Source of the DNA: a virus
Strand: one strand, 5' to 3'
Virus record (IMG/VR): IMGVR_UViG_3300033064_001806
Span: 32,001 to 96,000 of that record
Length of the DNA: 64,000 bases
Shown: one piece after another, positions 19,888-28,955 of the stretch
Layout: every line of letters begins with the position of its first letter
Numbering within the stretch: position 1 is the first letter of the stretch
Notes under the pieces: generated by a model
Database searches by the model: none
What the model was told of the DNA's origin: nothing
Seen by the model: only the letters and a program-made list of their open reading frames with translations
Translations under genes and position numbers: made by a program

Positions 19888-20795
19888 GAAAAATTATCAG
19901 TAAATTAAGTGTATTATTAAATGAAGTTAGAGACTTCAGAAAAAATGCAATAGATAATGCTAAATTTCGCCTTAGAGAAACATTCATTAATGAAGAAGGT
20001 GAAGACAAATCACAAGATGAAATAAAGGCAATTCTGAAAAAAGATTACTCTTCTTTTGTTAAAGAGTTGGGTGATAATATAAAAGATGAAAAATTTCTAA
20101 ACGCTATAAAATCACTTTCTAACACATCACCTCTTAAAGTATCAGGAATGTCTCCCGTAGTTACAGATTTACAACCAACACAGAATGAAGTTATAATGGA
20201 TAAATCTTTAAGTTATCCACTAACAGATGTACCAAGTGCCGAACAATACTTAAAAGGTGGAGTGGTTGCCGTTGCAGGTAAATCAATTATAACATCAGGT
20301 GGTGGTAAGTATGTAATAGATGGACATCACAGATGGTCGCAAGTGTTGTGTATCAATCCAGACGCTAAAATTAAAGCATTAGATTTAACAGACATTAAAA
20401 AACCGATTGAAGCATTAAAAGCAACACAGATTGGAATAGCTGCACAAACAGGTGCAGTTCCAACCGCAGCAGGTGGTGGAGTAAACCTTTTTACAGTTGG
20501 TGAGGGTGAGTTAAAAAAATATGTTATTGATAAAATAAAAGAACCAGTTGTTGCTGTATTTGAAAAATATGGTAAAGGTGATACACCAGAAACAATTGCA
20601 GATTATATTTGGGAAAATGTTCAAATACTTAAAAAACAATCTCCCCCAGTAGCAGGTGCACCTAAACGTGATGTGATGCCACAAACAGATGATGCACCAC
20701 AATGGGTTGACAATACTTTCAATGTAGAACAAATACCAGAAGAATTAACTAATCGATTCAAAGAACTATTACGGTATAACAACAGAAATAAATAA
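19884..20795 (+). CDS. ParB/Sulfiredoxin-like domain protein
   Basis: LQPTQ...YVIDGHHRW motif. Confidence 0.7.
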   Translation: MRKIISKLSVLLNEVRDFRKNAIDNAKFRLRETFINEEGEDKSQDEIKAILKKDYSSFVKELGDNIKDEKFLNAIKSLSNTSPLKVSGMSPVVTDLQPTQNEVIMDKSLSYPLTDVPSAEQYLKGGVVAVAGKSIITSGGGKYVIDGHHRWSQVLCINPDAKIKALDLTDIKKPIEALKATQIGIAAQTGAVPTAAGGGVNLFTVGEGELKKYVIDKIKEPVVAVFEKYGKGDTPETIADYIWENVQILKKQSPPVAGAPKRDVMPQTDDAPQWVDNTFNVEQIPEELTNRFKELLRYNNRNK

Positions 20796-20801
20796 AATCA
20801 C

Positions 20802-20830
20802 TGGGGACAAAATGTCCCCATGTTTATTTT
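20802..20830 (+). terminator. Intrinsic terminator-like hairpin
   Basis: tggggaca-aaa-tgtcccca followed by tgtttatttt. Confidence 0.65.
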
Positions 20831-20838
20831 ACATAAGA

Positions 20839-20870
20839 TTTGAATATTAAACATTAAAACATTATATTTG
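20839..20870 (+). promoter_or_regulatory. Bacteroidota-type housekeeping promoter (-33 TTTG / -7 TAnnTTTG)
   Basis: TTTG at 20839-42, 20-nt spacer, TATATTTG at 20863-70, upstream of SSB. Confidence 0.7.
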
Positions 20871-20930
20871 TACTAACATATTGAACGATATGAGTTCAAC
20901 ATTATTTATTATTTATTAAGGAGTTACATC

Positions 20931-21701
20931 ATGGCTATCAATCTTGATGCAATTAAAAATCGTTTGTCTTCATTAAAAAACACAAACAATCGTGTTTCAA
21001 ACATTTGGAAACCAGAACCAGGTGAACATCAAATCCGAATTGTTCCTTATGTTCACAACTTAGAAAATCCATTCATTGACCTTTACTTTCATTACAACAT
21101 AGGAAAGCGGTCTATTCTTTCTCCTGTAACATATGGTCGCCCTGACCCTATTCTTGAGTTTGCTGAGAAGTTAAAACAAACAGGTGACAAAGAAGATTGG
21201 CTAATGGGAAGAAAGCTCGAACCAAAAATGAGAACATATTTACCAGTTATTATCCGTGGACAAGAATCTGAGGGTGTAAAGTTTTGGGGATTTGGTAAAA
21301 TGATTTATGAAGAACTTTTAACATTTTTTGCTGATGAAGATTACGGTGATTTATCCGATCCTAAAAATGGGCGTGATATTGTAGTTACTGTTAAGTCAGC
21401 AGAAGAAATCGGTAAGTCTTATGCAGAAACATCTATTCGTGTTAAACCAAAACAAACACCACTTACAGAAAATGCTGCGGTTCTTGAGAAAGTTAAACAG
21501 CAACCAAAAATCAATGAACTTTATCCAGAACCAACTTATGATGAATTAAAATCCCAATTACAAACTTGGATGGGAACTACACACGAAGATGTTGTAAAAA
21601 GTTCTACAAACAACACATATGGTAAAACCAGTAATTCAGAAGAACATACAAAAGCGGTAACTTCTTCAACAGTTGCTTCTTCTTTCGATGACTTATTTTA
21701 A
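20931..21701 (+). CDS. Single-stranded DNA-binding protein (T4 gp32-like)
   Basis: WKP..G...IRIVP, GVKFWGFGK, D...GRD motifs; acidic tail SFDDLF; AAGGAG RBS. Confidence 0.85.
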   Translation: MAINLDAIKNRLSSLKNTNNRVSNIWKPEPGEHQIRIVPYVHNLENPFIDLYFHYNIGKRSILSPVTYGRPDPILEFAEKLKQTGDKEDWLMGRKLEPKMRTYLPVIIRGQESEGVKFWGFGKMIYEELLTFFADEDYGDLSDPKNGRDIVVTVKSAEEIGKSYAETSIRVKPKQTPLTENAAVLEKVKQQPKINELYPEPTYDELKSQLQTWMGTTHEDVVKSSTNNTYGKTSNSEEHTKAVTSSTVASSFDDLF

Positions 21702-21715
21702 TAGGGATATACGTT

Positions 21716-22861
21716 ATGGCAAAATCAAAGAGTGACTTATCCGATGAACTCGGTGGAGTTATTGCAGAAACAATAAATAAAAAGTTCAAAGAACAGCATT
21801 TTAAAACCGCTTATTTTCTTGAGGGTGATAGTGATGCACCCACGATTGTAAAAGAATGGGTTGGTACTGGCTCAACAATTCTTGATTTGGCAATTTCAAA
21901 TCGTAAGAATGGTGGATTTCCAGTAGGTAGAGTGTGTGAAATAACAGGATTAGAACAATCAGGTAAATCTCTATTAGCAGCACACGCTCTACTAAACACT
22001 CAAAGAAAAGGCGGACTTGCAGTTTACATAGACACAGAAAATGCTATCTCTACTGAATATCTAACCGCAATTGGTTTGAACCTTAAAGACATGCTCTACA
22101 TTCCATTGGATACAATGGAAGATGTGTTTGAAGCGGTTGAGGTTATTATTGAGAAGGTTCGTTCTTCCGATAAAAATAAATTGGTTACAATAGTTATTGA
22201 TTCTATTGCCGGTGCATCTACTAAAACAGAGATGGCTGCAGATTTTGATAAAGATGGTTATGCTACTGCAAAGGCACTTATCATTTCAAAGGCAATGAGA
22301 AAAATAACAAATTTAATCGGTAGAGAACGCATTTGTCTTATTATCACAAATCAACTTCGTCAAAAACTAAATGCACCTGCATTTTCAGACCAATGGACTG
22401 CACCCGGTGGTAAAGCACTTCCGTTTCATGCTTCCGTTCGTATTCGTCTCTCTTCAATCGGTTCAATTAAAGTAAAGGTTGAAGGACATGATGAAATCGT
22501 TGGTTCAAGAGTAAAGGCTAAATTAGTAAAGAACAGAGTTGGTCCACCACTACGAGAATGTGAATACGAGATTTATTTTGATTCTGGCATAGATGACTAC
22601 AGTAGTTGGCTTACCACGATGAAAGATTATAACCTTGTTGCACAAGCAGGTGCTTGGTATTCATGGACAAACAAAGAAACGGGCGAAGTTATTAAATTTC
22701 AATCGAAAGATTTTGTTGAAAAAATTATGAATCATCCAAAATTAAAAGAAATGGTTTATGATGAAATTGCTGATAAAGTAATTATGAAATACCAACAACT
22801 TGACTCTGCTCGTATTGATGAAGTAATTATTTCAAATCAGTCAATTGATACAGACGCATAA
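21716..22861 (+). CDS. uvsX: RecA/UvsX recombinase
   Basis: Walker A GLEQSGKS, YIDTENA, IDS, NQLR, GGKALPFHASVR. Confidence 0.95.
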   Translation: MAKSKSDLSDELGGVIAETINKKFKEQHFKTAYFLEGDSDAPTIVKEWVGTGSTILDLAISNRKNGGFPVGRVCEITGLEQSGKSLLAAHALLNTQRKGGLAVYIDTENAISTEYLTAIGLNLKDMLYIPLDTMEDVFEAVEVIIEKVRSSDKNKLVTIVIDSIAGASTKTEMAADFDKDGYATAKALIISKAMRKITNLIGRERICLIITNQLRQKLNAPAFSDQWTAPGGKALPFHASVRIRLSSIGSIKVKVEGHDEIVGSRVKAKLVKNRVGPPLRECEYEIYFDSGIDDYSSWLTTMKDYNLVAQAGAWYSWTNKETGEVIKFQSKDFVEKIMNHPKLKEMVYDEIADKVIMKYQQLDSARIDEVIISNQSIDTDA

Positions 22862-23904
22862 TGAACAAGTATCAGAAACTACTTCAAGAAATAGAAACTG
22901 AGAAAGAACTACAAGGTAATTTACACCGCGATAGTAAGGTTTTGATTGTAGATGGGATGAACTTATTTATAAGAACATTCTCGGCTATTCCTTCATTAAA
23001 TGAAGATGGTCAACATATTGGTGGTCTATCTGGCTTTCTCAAATCACTTGCTGCAACAATTCGTATGACGAATCCAACACGAGTCGTGATTGTCTTTGAT
23101 GGGAAGGGTGGTTCACTAAGAAGAAAGAAAATATATTCAAATTACAAGGAAGGTAGAGCAAATAAATCTAAATTAAATAGGGTTGCGGGTTTTGAGAATC
23201 TTGAGGATGAACAAAAGTCTATGAGGTTTCAACTGTTTCGTCTGTTTACTTATTTACAGAATTTGCCATTAACCATTATATCGATGGATAATATTGAGGC
23301 TGATGATGTTATTGCCTACCTTTCTTTTTATTTGAAAGAAAAATCTGTTATATTATCGAATGATAGAGATTTTTTACAGTTGGTATCAGAACAAGTTTCT
23401 GTGTATTTACCAACGAAAAAAAAGTTATATACACCAGAAAATCTATTAGAAGAAACTGGAGTATGGTGTGAGAATTTTATTTTATTCAAAGCATTATTAG
23501 GCGATAAGAGTGATAACATTAAAGGTATTAGTGGGTTTGGTGAAAAAACAATATTGAAACACTTCCCAATACTTTCAGAAAAAAGAAAAATTGATTTAGA
23601 TATGTTCGTAGAATTTTGTAAATTGTATGATAATAAATCTAAAGCAATCAATGAACTCAAAAATAACATTAGTGTATTAGAAACTAACTATAAGCTTATG
23701 CAATTACACGATGTTGATATTTCACAAAGTTTTAAATCATCTATACGTGGCATGGTCGATGGTGAAATCCAAAAACTAAATAAAATTGAATTGGACAAAT
23801 TATTTATAGTAGATAAATTATACTCTGCTATACCTAATTTTGAACACTGGTTACAAAGAAATTTTGGAAATCTAAATACGATTCGGAATATATATGCAGG
23901 ATAA
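22861..23904 (+). CDS. 5'-3' exonuclease / flap endonuclease (T4 RNase H / PolI N-terminal type)
   Basis: VDGMN, FDG, YK.GR, EADD, SNDRDFLQL, GDKSDNIKG. Confidence 0.92.
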   Translation: MNKYQKLLQEIETEKELQGNLHRDSKVLIVDGMNLFIRTFSAIPSLNEDGQHIGGLSGFLKSLAATIRMTNPTRVVIVFDGKGGSLRRKKIYSNYKEGRANKSKLNRVAGFENLEDEQKSMRFQLFRLFTYLQNLPLTIISMDNIEADDVIAYLSFYLKEKSVILSNDRDFLQLVSEQVSVYLPTKKKLYTPENLLEETGVWCENFILFKALLGDKSDNIKGISGFGEKTILKHFPILSEKRKIDLDMFVEFCKLYDNKSKAINELKNNISVLETNYKLMQLHDVDISQSFKSSIRGMVDGEIQKLNKIELDKLFIVDKLYSAIPNFEHWLQRNFGNLNTIRNIYAG

Positions 23905-25246
23905 TTTATCCCAATACGGTCAAACGTTTCAAACAAAAGTAATTATTTCACTATTGAAAGATAGAGAATTCTTACAACAAGTGTCAGACCTTATAGATCC
24001 AACTTATTTTGAATCACAGGCAAACTCTTGGTTAGTTGAGAAGATTATTTCTTATTATGAGAAATATAAAAGCCCACCAACATCAGATGTATTCAAATCT
24101 GAATTACTAGTGGTAGAAGATAAAATATTGAAAACAACGGTAGTTGATGCACTTAAACAAGTAAAAAAGTACACAGACAATTCAGATGATGAGTATGTTA
24201 AAAATACTGTACTTGAATTTTGTAAAAATCAAAAGATGAAAATAGCGATATTAGAATCAGTTGATTTGTTAAGAAGTGGTAAGTATGATTTGATTAAAAA
24301 GAAAATTGATAATGCACTTAAAGCAGGAGCGGATAAAGATATTGGACATGAATATAAAATTGATGTAATATCTCGCTATGCAGAAGGTGCGAGAGTGTGT
24401 GTTCCAACTGGTTGGAATATTATAAATGACATTATGTCAGGTGGGTTAGCAGAAGGAGAACTTGGTGTACTAGTTGCACCAGCAGGTGGTGGTAAGTCAT
24501 GGGGCTTAGTGAGTGTTGCTGCAAATGCAGTTAAAGCAGGTAAACGTGTTATTTATTATACACTTGAATTGAATCAACATTATGTTGCAAGAAGATTCGA
24601 TGCTTACTTCACAAAGATTGCTTTTCAAAACTTAGGCGAAGAACACGCACAAGAAAAAATTAAATCGGCAATGGAGAACTTAAAAGGTGAATTGATTGTT
24701 AAATATTATCCAACAAAAACTCCATCGATTAACACACTCACTTCACATATCGAGAAATGTATTAGTCAAGGCAAACCACCCGATTTGATTATTGTTGATT
24801 ACGCAGACTTGATTAAACCCGCAAAAGCAGGTGATAAGAGATTAGAGTTAAACGATATTTACGAAGACCTTAGAGGAATTGCAGGTTTATATCAACTTCC
24901 AATTTGGACTGCTTCACAAGCAAATCGTTCTTCATTGGAAGACGATGTTATCGAAGGTGGTAAGGTTTCAGAATCATATAATAAAATGATGATTGCTGAC
25001 TTTGTAATGTCACTATCAAGGAAGTTAGATGACAAAGTTGGTGGCACAGGTAGATGGCATATTATTAAAAATAGGTTTGGTCCAGATGGCATGACGTTTC
25101 CAAGTAAGGTAAACACAATGACTGGCCATATAGAAATATACGAACCTAACTCCGATATGGGTAAAACTGTAACGGTTACTATGAAAGGTGAAAAGAATGT
25201 AAAGAAAGCACTTTCACAGAAATTCAAAGAATTAGAAGGATTCTAA
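23894..25246 (+). CDS. Replicative DnaB/gp41-like helicase
   Basis: APAGGGKS, YTLEL, IVDYADL, WTASQANR, KNRFG. Confidence 0.93.
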   Translation: MQDNLSQYGQTFQTKVIISLLKDREFLQQVSDLIDPTYFESQANSWLVEKIISYYEKYKSPPTSDVFKSELLVVEDKILKTTVVDALKQVKKYTDNSDDEYVKNTVLEFCKNQKMKIAILESVDLLRSGKYDLIKKKIDNALKAGADKDIGHEYKIDVISRYAEGARVCVPTGWNIINDIMSGGLAEGELGVLVAPAGGGKSWGLVSVAANAVKAGKRVIYYTLELNQHYVARRFDAYFTKIAFQNLGEEHAQEKIKSAMENLKGELIVKYYPTKTPSINTLTSHIEKCISQGKPPDLIIVDYADLIKPAKAGDKRLELNDIYEDLRGIAGLYQLPIWTASQANRSSLEDDVIEGGKVSESYNKMMIADFVMSLSRKLDDKVGGTGRWHIIKNRFGPDGMTFPSKVNTMTGHIEIYEPNSDMGKTVTVTMKGEKNVKKALSQKFKELEGF

Positions 25247-25256
25247 TACTTATACA

Positions 25257-25325
25257 ATGCTATGTTATAAAGCAGAATTACCTAATTTTGAGTGGTGGGA
25301 CGGTGAAAAATGGGTTATGAAATAA
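25257..25325 (+). pseudogene. 22-aa micro-ORF MLCYKAELPNFEWWDGEKWVMK, possible gene remnant
   Basis: Read from the sequence; protein-like and GC-richer than its flanks. Confidence 0.35.
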
Positions 25326-25348
25326 TTTTATTAAAACCCAATTTTTTT

Positions 25349-25386
25349 AATCAAAACCATATACTTATTCGTATATGGTTTTGATT
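25349..25386. promoter_or_regulatory. 16-bp perfect inverted repeat overlapping an ATACTTAT motif, upstream of nrdJ
   Basis: aatcaaaaccatatac-ttattc-gtatatggttttgatt. Confidence 0.7.
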
Positions 25387-25433
25387 TTTATAATAAAAAT
25401 GACGTTTTCAATAAAAAAATGATGGAGAAATAA

Positions 25434-27287
25434 ATGAATATTAGCAATAGAATTCTTTCTGAGATAACAGTATATATGAAATATGCTCGTTACTTACCAG
25501 AAGTAAATAGAAGAGAAACTTGGACGGAGTTAGTAACAAGAAACAAAGAAATGCACCAACGTAAATACCCTAAACTAGTAGATGAAATTGAAAATGTCTA
25601 TAAGTTTGTTTATGATAAAAAAGTACTTCCATCTATGCGTTCTTTACAATTTGGTGGTAAGCCCATTGAAATTTCACCAAATAGAATTTACAACTGTGCG
25701 TATTTACCAATTGATGATTGGCGCGCATTTGCTGAAGTAATGTTTCTTTTACTTGGCGGTACAGGTGTAGGTTATTCAGTTCAAAAGCACCATGTAGAAC
25801 AACTTCCTCCTATTCATAAACCAAAATCTAAAGAACGTCGTTATCTTATTGGTGATTCAATTGAAGGTTGGGCTGATGCGATAAAGGCACTTCTAAAGTC
25901 TTATTTCACAGGCGGTTCATCTATTCGCTTTGATTATTCAGATATTCGTCAGAAAGGTGCTCGTTTAATTACAAGTGGTGGTAAAGCACCTGGTCCTGAA
26001 CCACTTAAAATTTGTATTGAAAAAATTCGTGCTATTCTTGATTTGAAAGGCGATGGTGAACAACTCTCACCAATTGAAGTACATGATATAGTTTGCCATA
26101 TTGCAGACGCAGTTCTTGCAGGTGGTATTCGTCGTGCTGCTCTCATTTCTCTTTTCTCCGCAGATGATGACGATATGATTTCGTGTAAGTTTGGAAACTG
26201 GTGGGAATTAGATCCACAACGTGGTAGAGCAAATAATTCTGCCGTTCTTCTTCGTAGTAAAGTATCTGAAGAATTCTTCAAATCACTTTGGAAGAAAATA
26301 GAATTATCTAATGCAGGTGAACCTGGTATTTATCTTTCAAACGATAAAGATTGGGGCACGAACCCCTGTTGTGAAATTGCACTTCGTCCTTTCCAATTTT
26401 GTAACCTTTGTGAAGTAAATGTATCAGATGTTGTTGACCAAGAAGATTTAGAAGCAAGAGTACGTGCTGCTACATTCATTGGTACACTTCAAGCGGGTTA
26501 TACAGACTTCCATTATCTTCGCCCTATTTGGCAAAGAACTACCGAGAAAGACGCATTACTTGGAATTGGTATGACAGGTATTGGTTCTGGTAAAGTAACG
26601 AAACTGGATTTGAAAGCAGCCGCTAAAGTATCAAGAGAGGAAAATGAAAGAGTTGCTTCCATACTTGATATTAATAAATCTGCTCGTACAACAACAATTA
26701 AACCAGCAGGTACATCATCTTTAACTCTTGGGTGTTCATCTGGTATTCATGCATGGCACAATGATTTTTATTTACGTAGAGTGCGTGTTGGAAAGAATGA
26801 AGCAATTTATTCTTATCTTGCAATCAATCATCCAGAGTTGGTTGAGGATGAATACTTCAGACCACATGATACTGCTGTGATTGGTGTTCCACAAAAGGCA
26901 CCAGAGGGGTCGATTCTTCGTAGTGAATCACCATTGCAATTATTAGAAAGAGTAAAATTGTTTAATCAACAATGGATAAAACCAGGACATAGAACTGGTA
27001 TGAACACTCATAATATTTCCGCAACAGTTAGTATCAGAGAAAATGAATGGCCTGCGGTAGGTCAATGGCTTTGGGATAATCGGGAACATTACAATGGACT
27101 TTCTGTATTGCCACATGACGGAGGATCTTATATCCAGAGCCCATTTCAGGATATTACAAAAGAAGAATACGAACGATTGATGGAAACACTACACGATGTT
27201 GATTTATCAAAGATTGTAGAAATGGATGATAATACTGATTTGTCTAATGAATTAGCTTGTGCAGGTGGTGCATGTGAGATAAAATAA
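25434..27287 (+). CDS. nrdJ: Class II (adenosylcobalamin-dependent) ribonucleotide reductase
   Basis: PSMR, NCAY, GGTGVG, RRAA, TNPCCEI, TTIKPAGT, C-terminal CAGGAC; no beta-subunit gene adjacent. Confidence 0.92.
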   Translation: MNISNRILSEITVYMKYARYLPEVNRRETWTELVTRNKEMHQRKYPKLVDEIENVYKFVYDKKVLPSMRSLQFGGKPIEISPNRIYNCAYLPIDDWRAFAEVMFLLLGGTGVGYSVQKHHVEQLPPIHKPKSKERRYLIGDSIEGWADAIKALLKSYFTGGSSIRFDYSDIRQKGARLITSGGKAPGPEPLKICIEKIRAILDLKGDGEQLSPIEVHDIVCHIADAVLAGGIRRAALISLFSADDDDMISCKFGNWWELDPQRGRANNSAVLLRSKVSEEFFKSLWKKIELSNAGEPGIYLSNDKDWGTNPCCEIALRPFQFCNLCEVNVSDVVDQEDLEARVRAATFIGTLQAGYTDFHYLRPIWQRTTEKDALLGIGMTGIGSGKVTKLDLKAAAKVSREENERVASILDINKSARTTTIKPAGTSSLTLGCSSGIHAWHNDFYLRRVRVGKNEAIYSYLAINHPELVEDEYFRPHDTAVIGVPQKAPEGSILRSESPLQLLERVKLFNQQWIKPGHRTGMNTHNISATVSIRENEWPAVGQWLWDNREHYNGLSVLPHDGGSYIQSPFQDITKEEYERLMETLHDVDLSKIVEMDDNTDLSNELACAGGACEIK

Positions 27288-27329
27288 TTTTATATAGTTA
27301 TTGTATATGTAAACATCACAGTAATTAAT

Positions 27330-27701
27330 ATGGAGAATATAGTGAGAGATTTAGTTAATGAAGGCAGAGAACTGCAAAATAGAGTAACAAGTAAATTTTC
27401 AAAGATGGTAAAAGAAGCCGCTCAAGAAGAAGTTTCTTCACCAATAAGAAATCTTGTGAATAAAATGGAAAAATTTACAGATAATAATCAACATACCGAT
27501 ACATTGAGTGAATTGGCAAAACATTTAAAATCAAAAAAACATCAACTTTTGTTGCAAGCAATTGATGATATTCATGAAGTAGAAGGTTCTCTACCAAGTG
27601 AAATTAGTAAATATAGAGATCGTATATACAATGAATTGACAGCACTCGCTAAAAAAAGTATGAATGCTAAAGAGTATTCTGCTATTATGGGTTCGATGTA
27701 A
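27330..27701 (+). CDS. Hypothetical helical protein, paralog of 28579-28932
   Basis: Shared KF...L.ELAK....KK.Q..L.A...I...EG pattern. Confidence 0.6.
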   Translation: MENIVRDLVNEGRELQNRVTSKFSKMVKEAAQEEVSSPIRNLVNKMEKFTDNNQHTDTLSELAKHLKSKKHQLLLQAIDDIHEVEGSLPSEISKYRDRIYNELTALAKKSMNAKEYSAIMGSM

Positions 27702-27716
27702 ATTAAATAGTTAAAG

Positions 27717-28064
27717 GTGTTATAGTTCTTTGGAATAATGAAGGAGTATAGTTATGGATATTACATCATTTTTTATGGGTATATGTGCAGTTACAGTTTT
27801 AACGGCAGTTGCAGTTGTAGTTGTGGGTATGTTCAGAATTAGTAAATTAAACAAAGAACTAAATAATTTAGTTAGAAACCAAGATACGATGGATAGAATT
27901 ATTGTTGATAATGAAAGAGAAATCAGAAGAACAATAGATTCCAGAATTGACAGTTTCGGTTCAAAGATTGAAAAAGAAATAAAATTCATACATGAAAGAA
28001 TTGATGGATTGAATAAAGTAAAATAAATAATAATTTTTAAAATGAATTCATAGAACTATAACAC
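27717..28064. repeat. 13-bp perfect inverted repeats flanking one small membrane-protein gene
   Basis: gtgttatagttct (27717-27729) and agaactataacac (28052-28064). Confidence 0.8.
27754..28026 (+). CDS. Small single-TM protein with a cytoplasmic coiled coil
   Basis: N-terminal hydrophobic helix, R.IDSRID motif, AAGGAG RBS. Confidence 0.7.
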   Translation: MDITSFFMGICAVTVLTAVAVVVVGMFRISKLNKELNNLVRNQDTMDRIIVDNEREIRRTIDSRIDSFGSKIEKEIKFIHERIDGLNKVK

Positions 28065-28092
28065 ACATTTTTTATAAGTTAGGAGACTTGTT

Positions 28093-28272
28093 ATGAATAA
28101 ACAAGAATTATTTGAACAGATTTCAAATTTGTTCAATGAGTTTGTGGCAGCACACAACTCAACAAAAAAGAAAGACGCTGCAATTGCTCGTAAAGCAGCA
28201 GGTGGAATTAAGAAATTAGTTACACCTTATAACCAAGCGTCTGTGACGGAAGCTAAGGTAGCAAAGCAATAA
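28093..28272 (+). CDS. Histone H1-like (Hc1-type) small basic protein, not in the ORF track
   Basis: MNKQELFEQISNLFNEFVAAHNSTKKKDAAIARKAAGGIKKLVTPYNQASV...; AGGAG RBS; ARKA...IKKL...Y..S pattern. Confidence 0.65.
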   Translation: MNKQELFEQISNLFNEFVAAHNSTKKKDAAIARKAAGGIKKLVTPYNQASVTEAKVAKQ

Positions 28273-28302
28273 AAAAGGGTGATGGAAACATCACCCTTTT
28301 TT
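28271..28302. terminator. Bidirectional intrinsic terminator
   Basis: aaaaaagggtgatg-gaaa-catcaccctttttt. Confidence 0.9.
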
Positions 28303-28369
28303 ATTTATCCCATATTTATATTTACAATAGTATTTTTCACATCAAGGCAAATATAAATGGGATGGCGTA

Positions 28370-28576
28370 ATGTCAGTAAAAAAACCAAGAGAATACAGAA
28401 GTGTATTGGCAAAAATATGTTTAGTACTTGGGACATTCTTCAATCCTCTTGGATTCGATGCGGCTTTTGCTTTAATGATGAAATTTACAGGGAGCTACAT
28501 ACTTACCGATATTATATTTTATTCGGTAGCTCTATTATTTTTTGGACTTTATTTTATCTTATCTCGTAGGAGTTAA
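28370..28576 (+). CDS. Small membrane protein
   Basis: Two hydrophobic segments; FFNPLGFDA motif. Confidence 0.6.
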   Translation: MSVKKPREYRSVLAKICLVLGTFFNPLGFDAAFALMMKFTGSYILTDIIFYSVALLFFGLYFILSRRS

Positions 28577-28578
28577 AA

Positions 28579-28932
28579 ATGAACATATCATCAAGAAAAC
28601 AACTGTTAGCAGAAGCAGGTGATGTATTAAAAAAGATTCGTGAAGAAGTTGAAGGCCTCGATAAAAAAGTAGAAACTTCTGTTAAAAAAATAATTAAGTT
28701 CTGTGAAGAAGATAAAGACATGGTATCAGGACTTCTTGAACTTGCAAAATTAGTTGGTGATAAAAAATACCAAAAAGTATTAGAAGCGGTAAAAGAAATT
28801 GTAAAAGCAGAAGAAGGCTCACACTATTTCATCGATCAATATATAACAGAAATTAAAAGTATATTATTATCTGCTGCAAAAGAACAATTTAGCTCACAAG
28901 AGTTTGGTGTAATATATTCTGCAATCGGCTAA
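28579..28932 (+). CDS. Hypothetical helical protein, paralog of 27330-27701
   Basis: See the paralog; LLAE leader. Confidence 0.6.
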   Translation: MNISSRKQLLAEAGDVLKKIREEVEGLDKKVETSVKKIIKFCEEDKDMVSGLLELAKLVGDKKYQKVLEAVKEIVKAEEGSHYFIDQYITEIKSILLSAAKEQFSSQEFGVIYSAIG

Positions 28933-28955
28933 TTCAAATTCAATTATAGGTAGTT

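Noticed and set aside
25247-25433. Cobalamin riboswitch upstream of nrdJ
   Set aside because: No B12-box or GGGAA/CCCGCAACTGT-type core; the region is AT-rich hairpins plus a micro-ORF.
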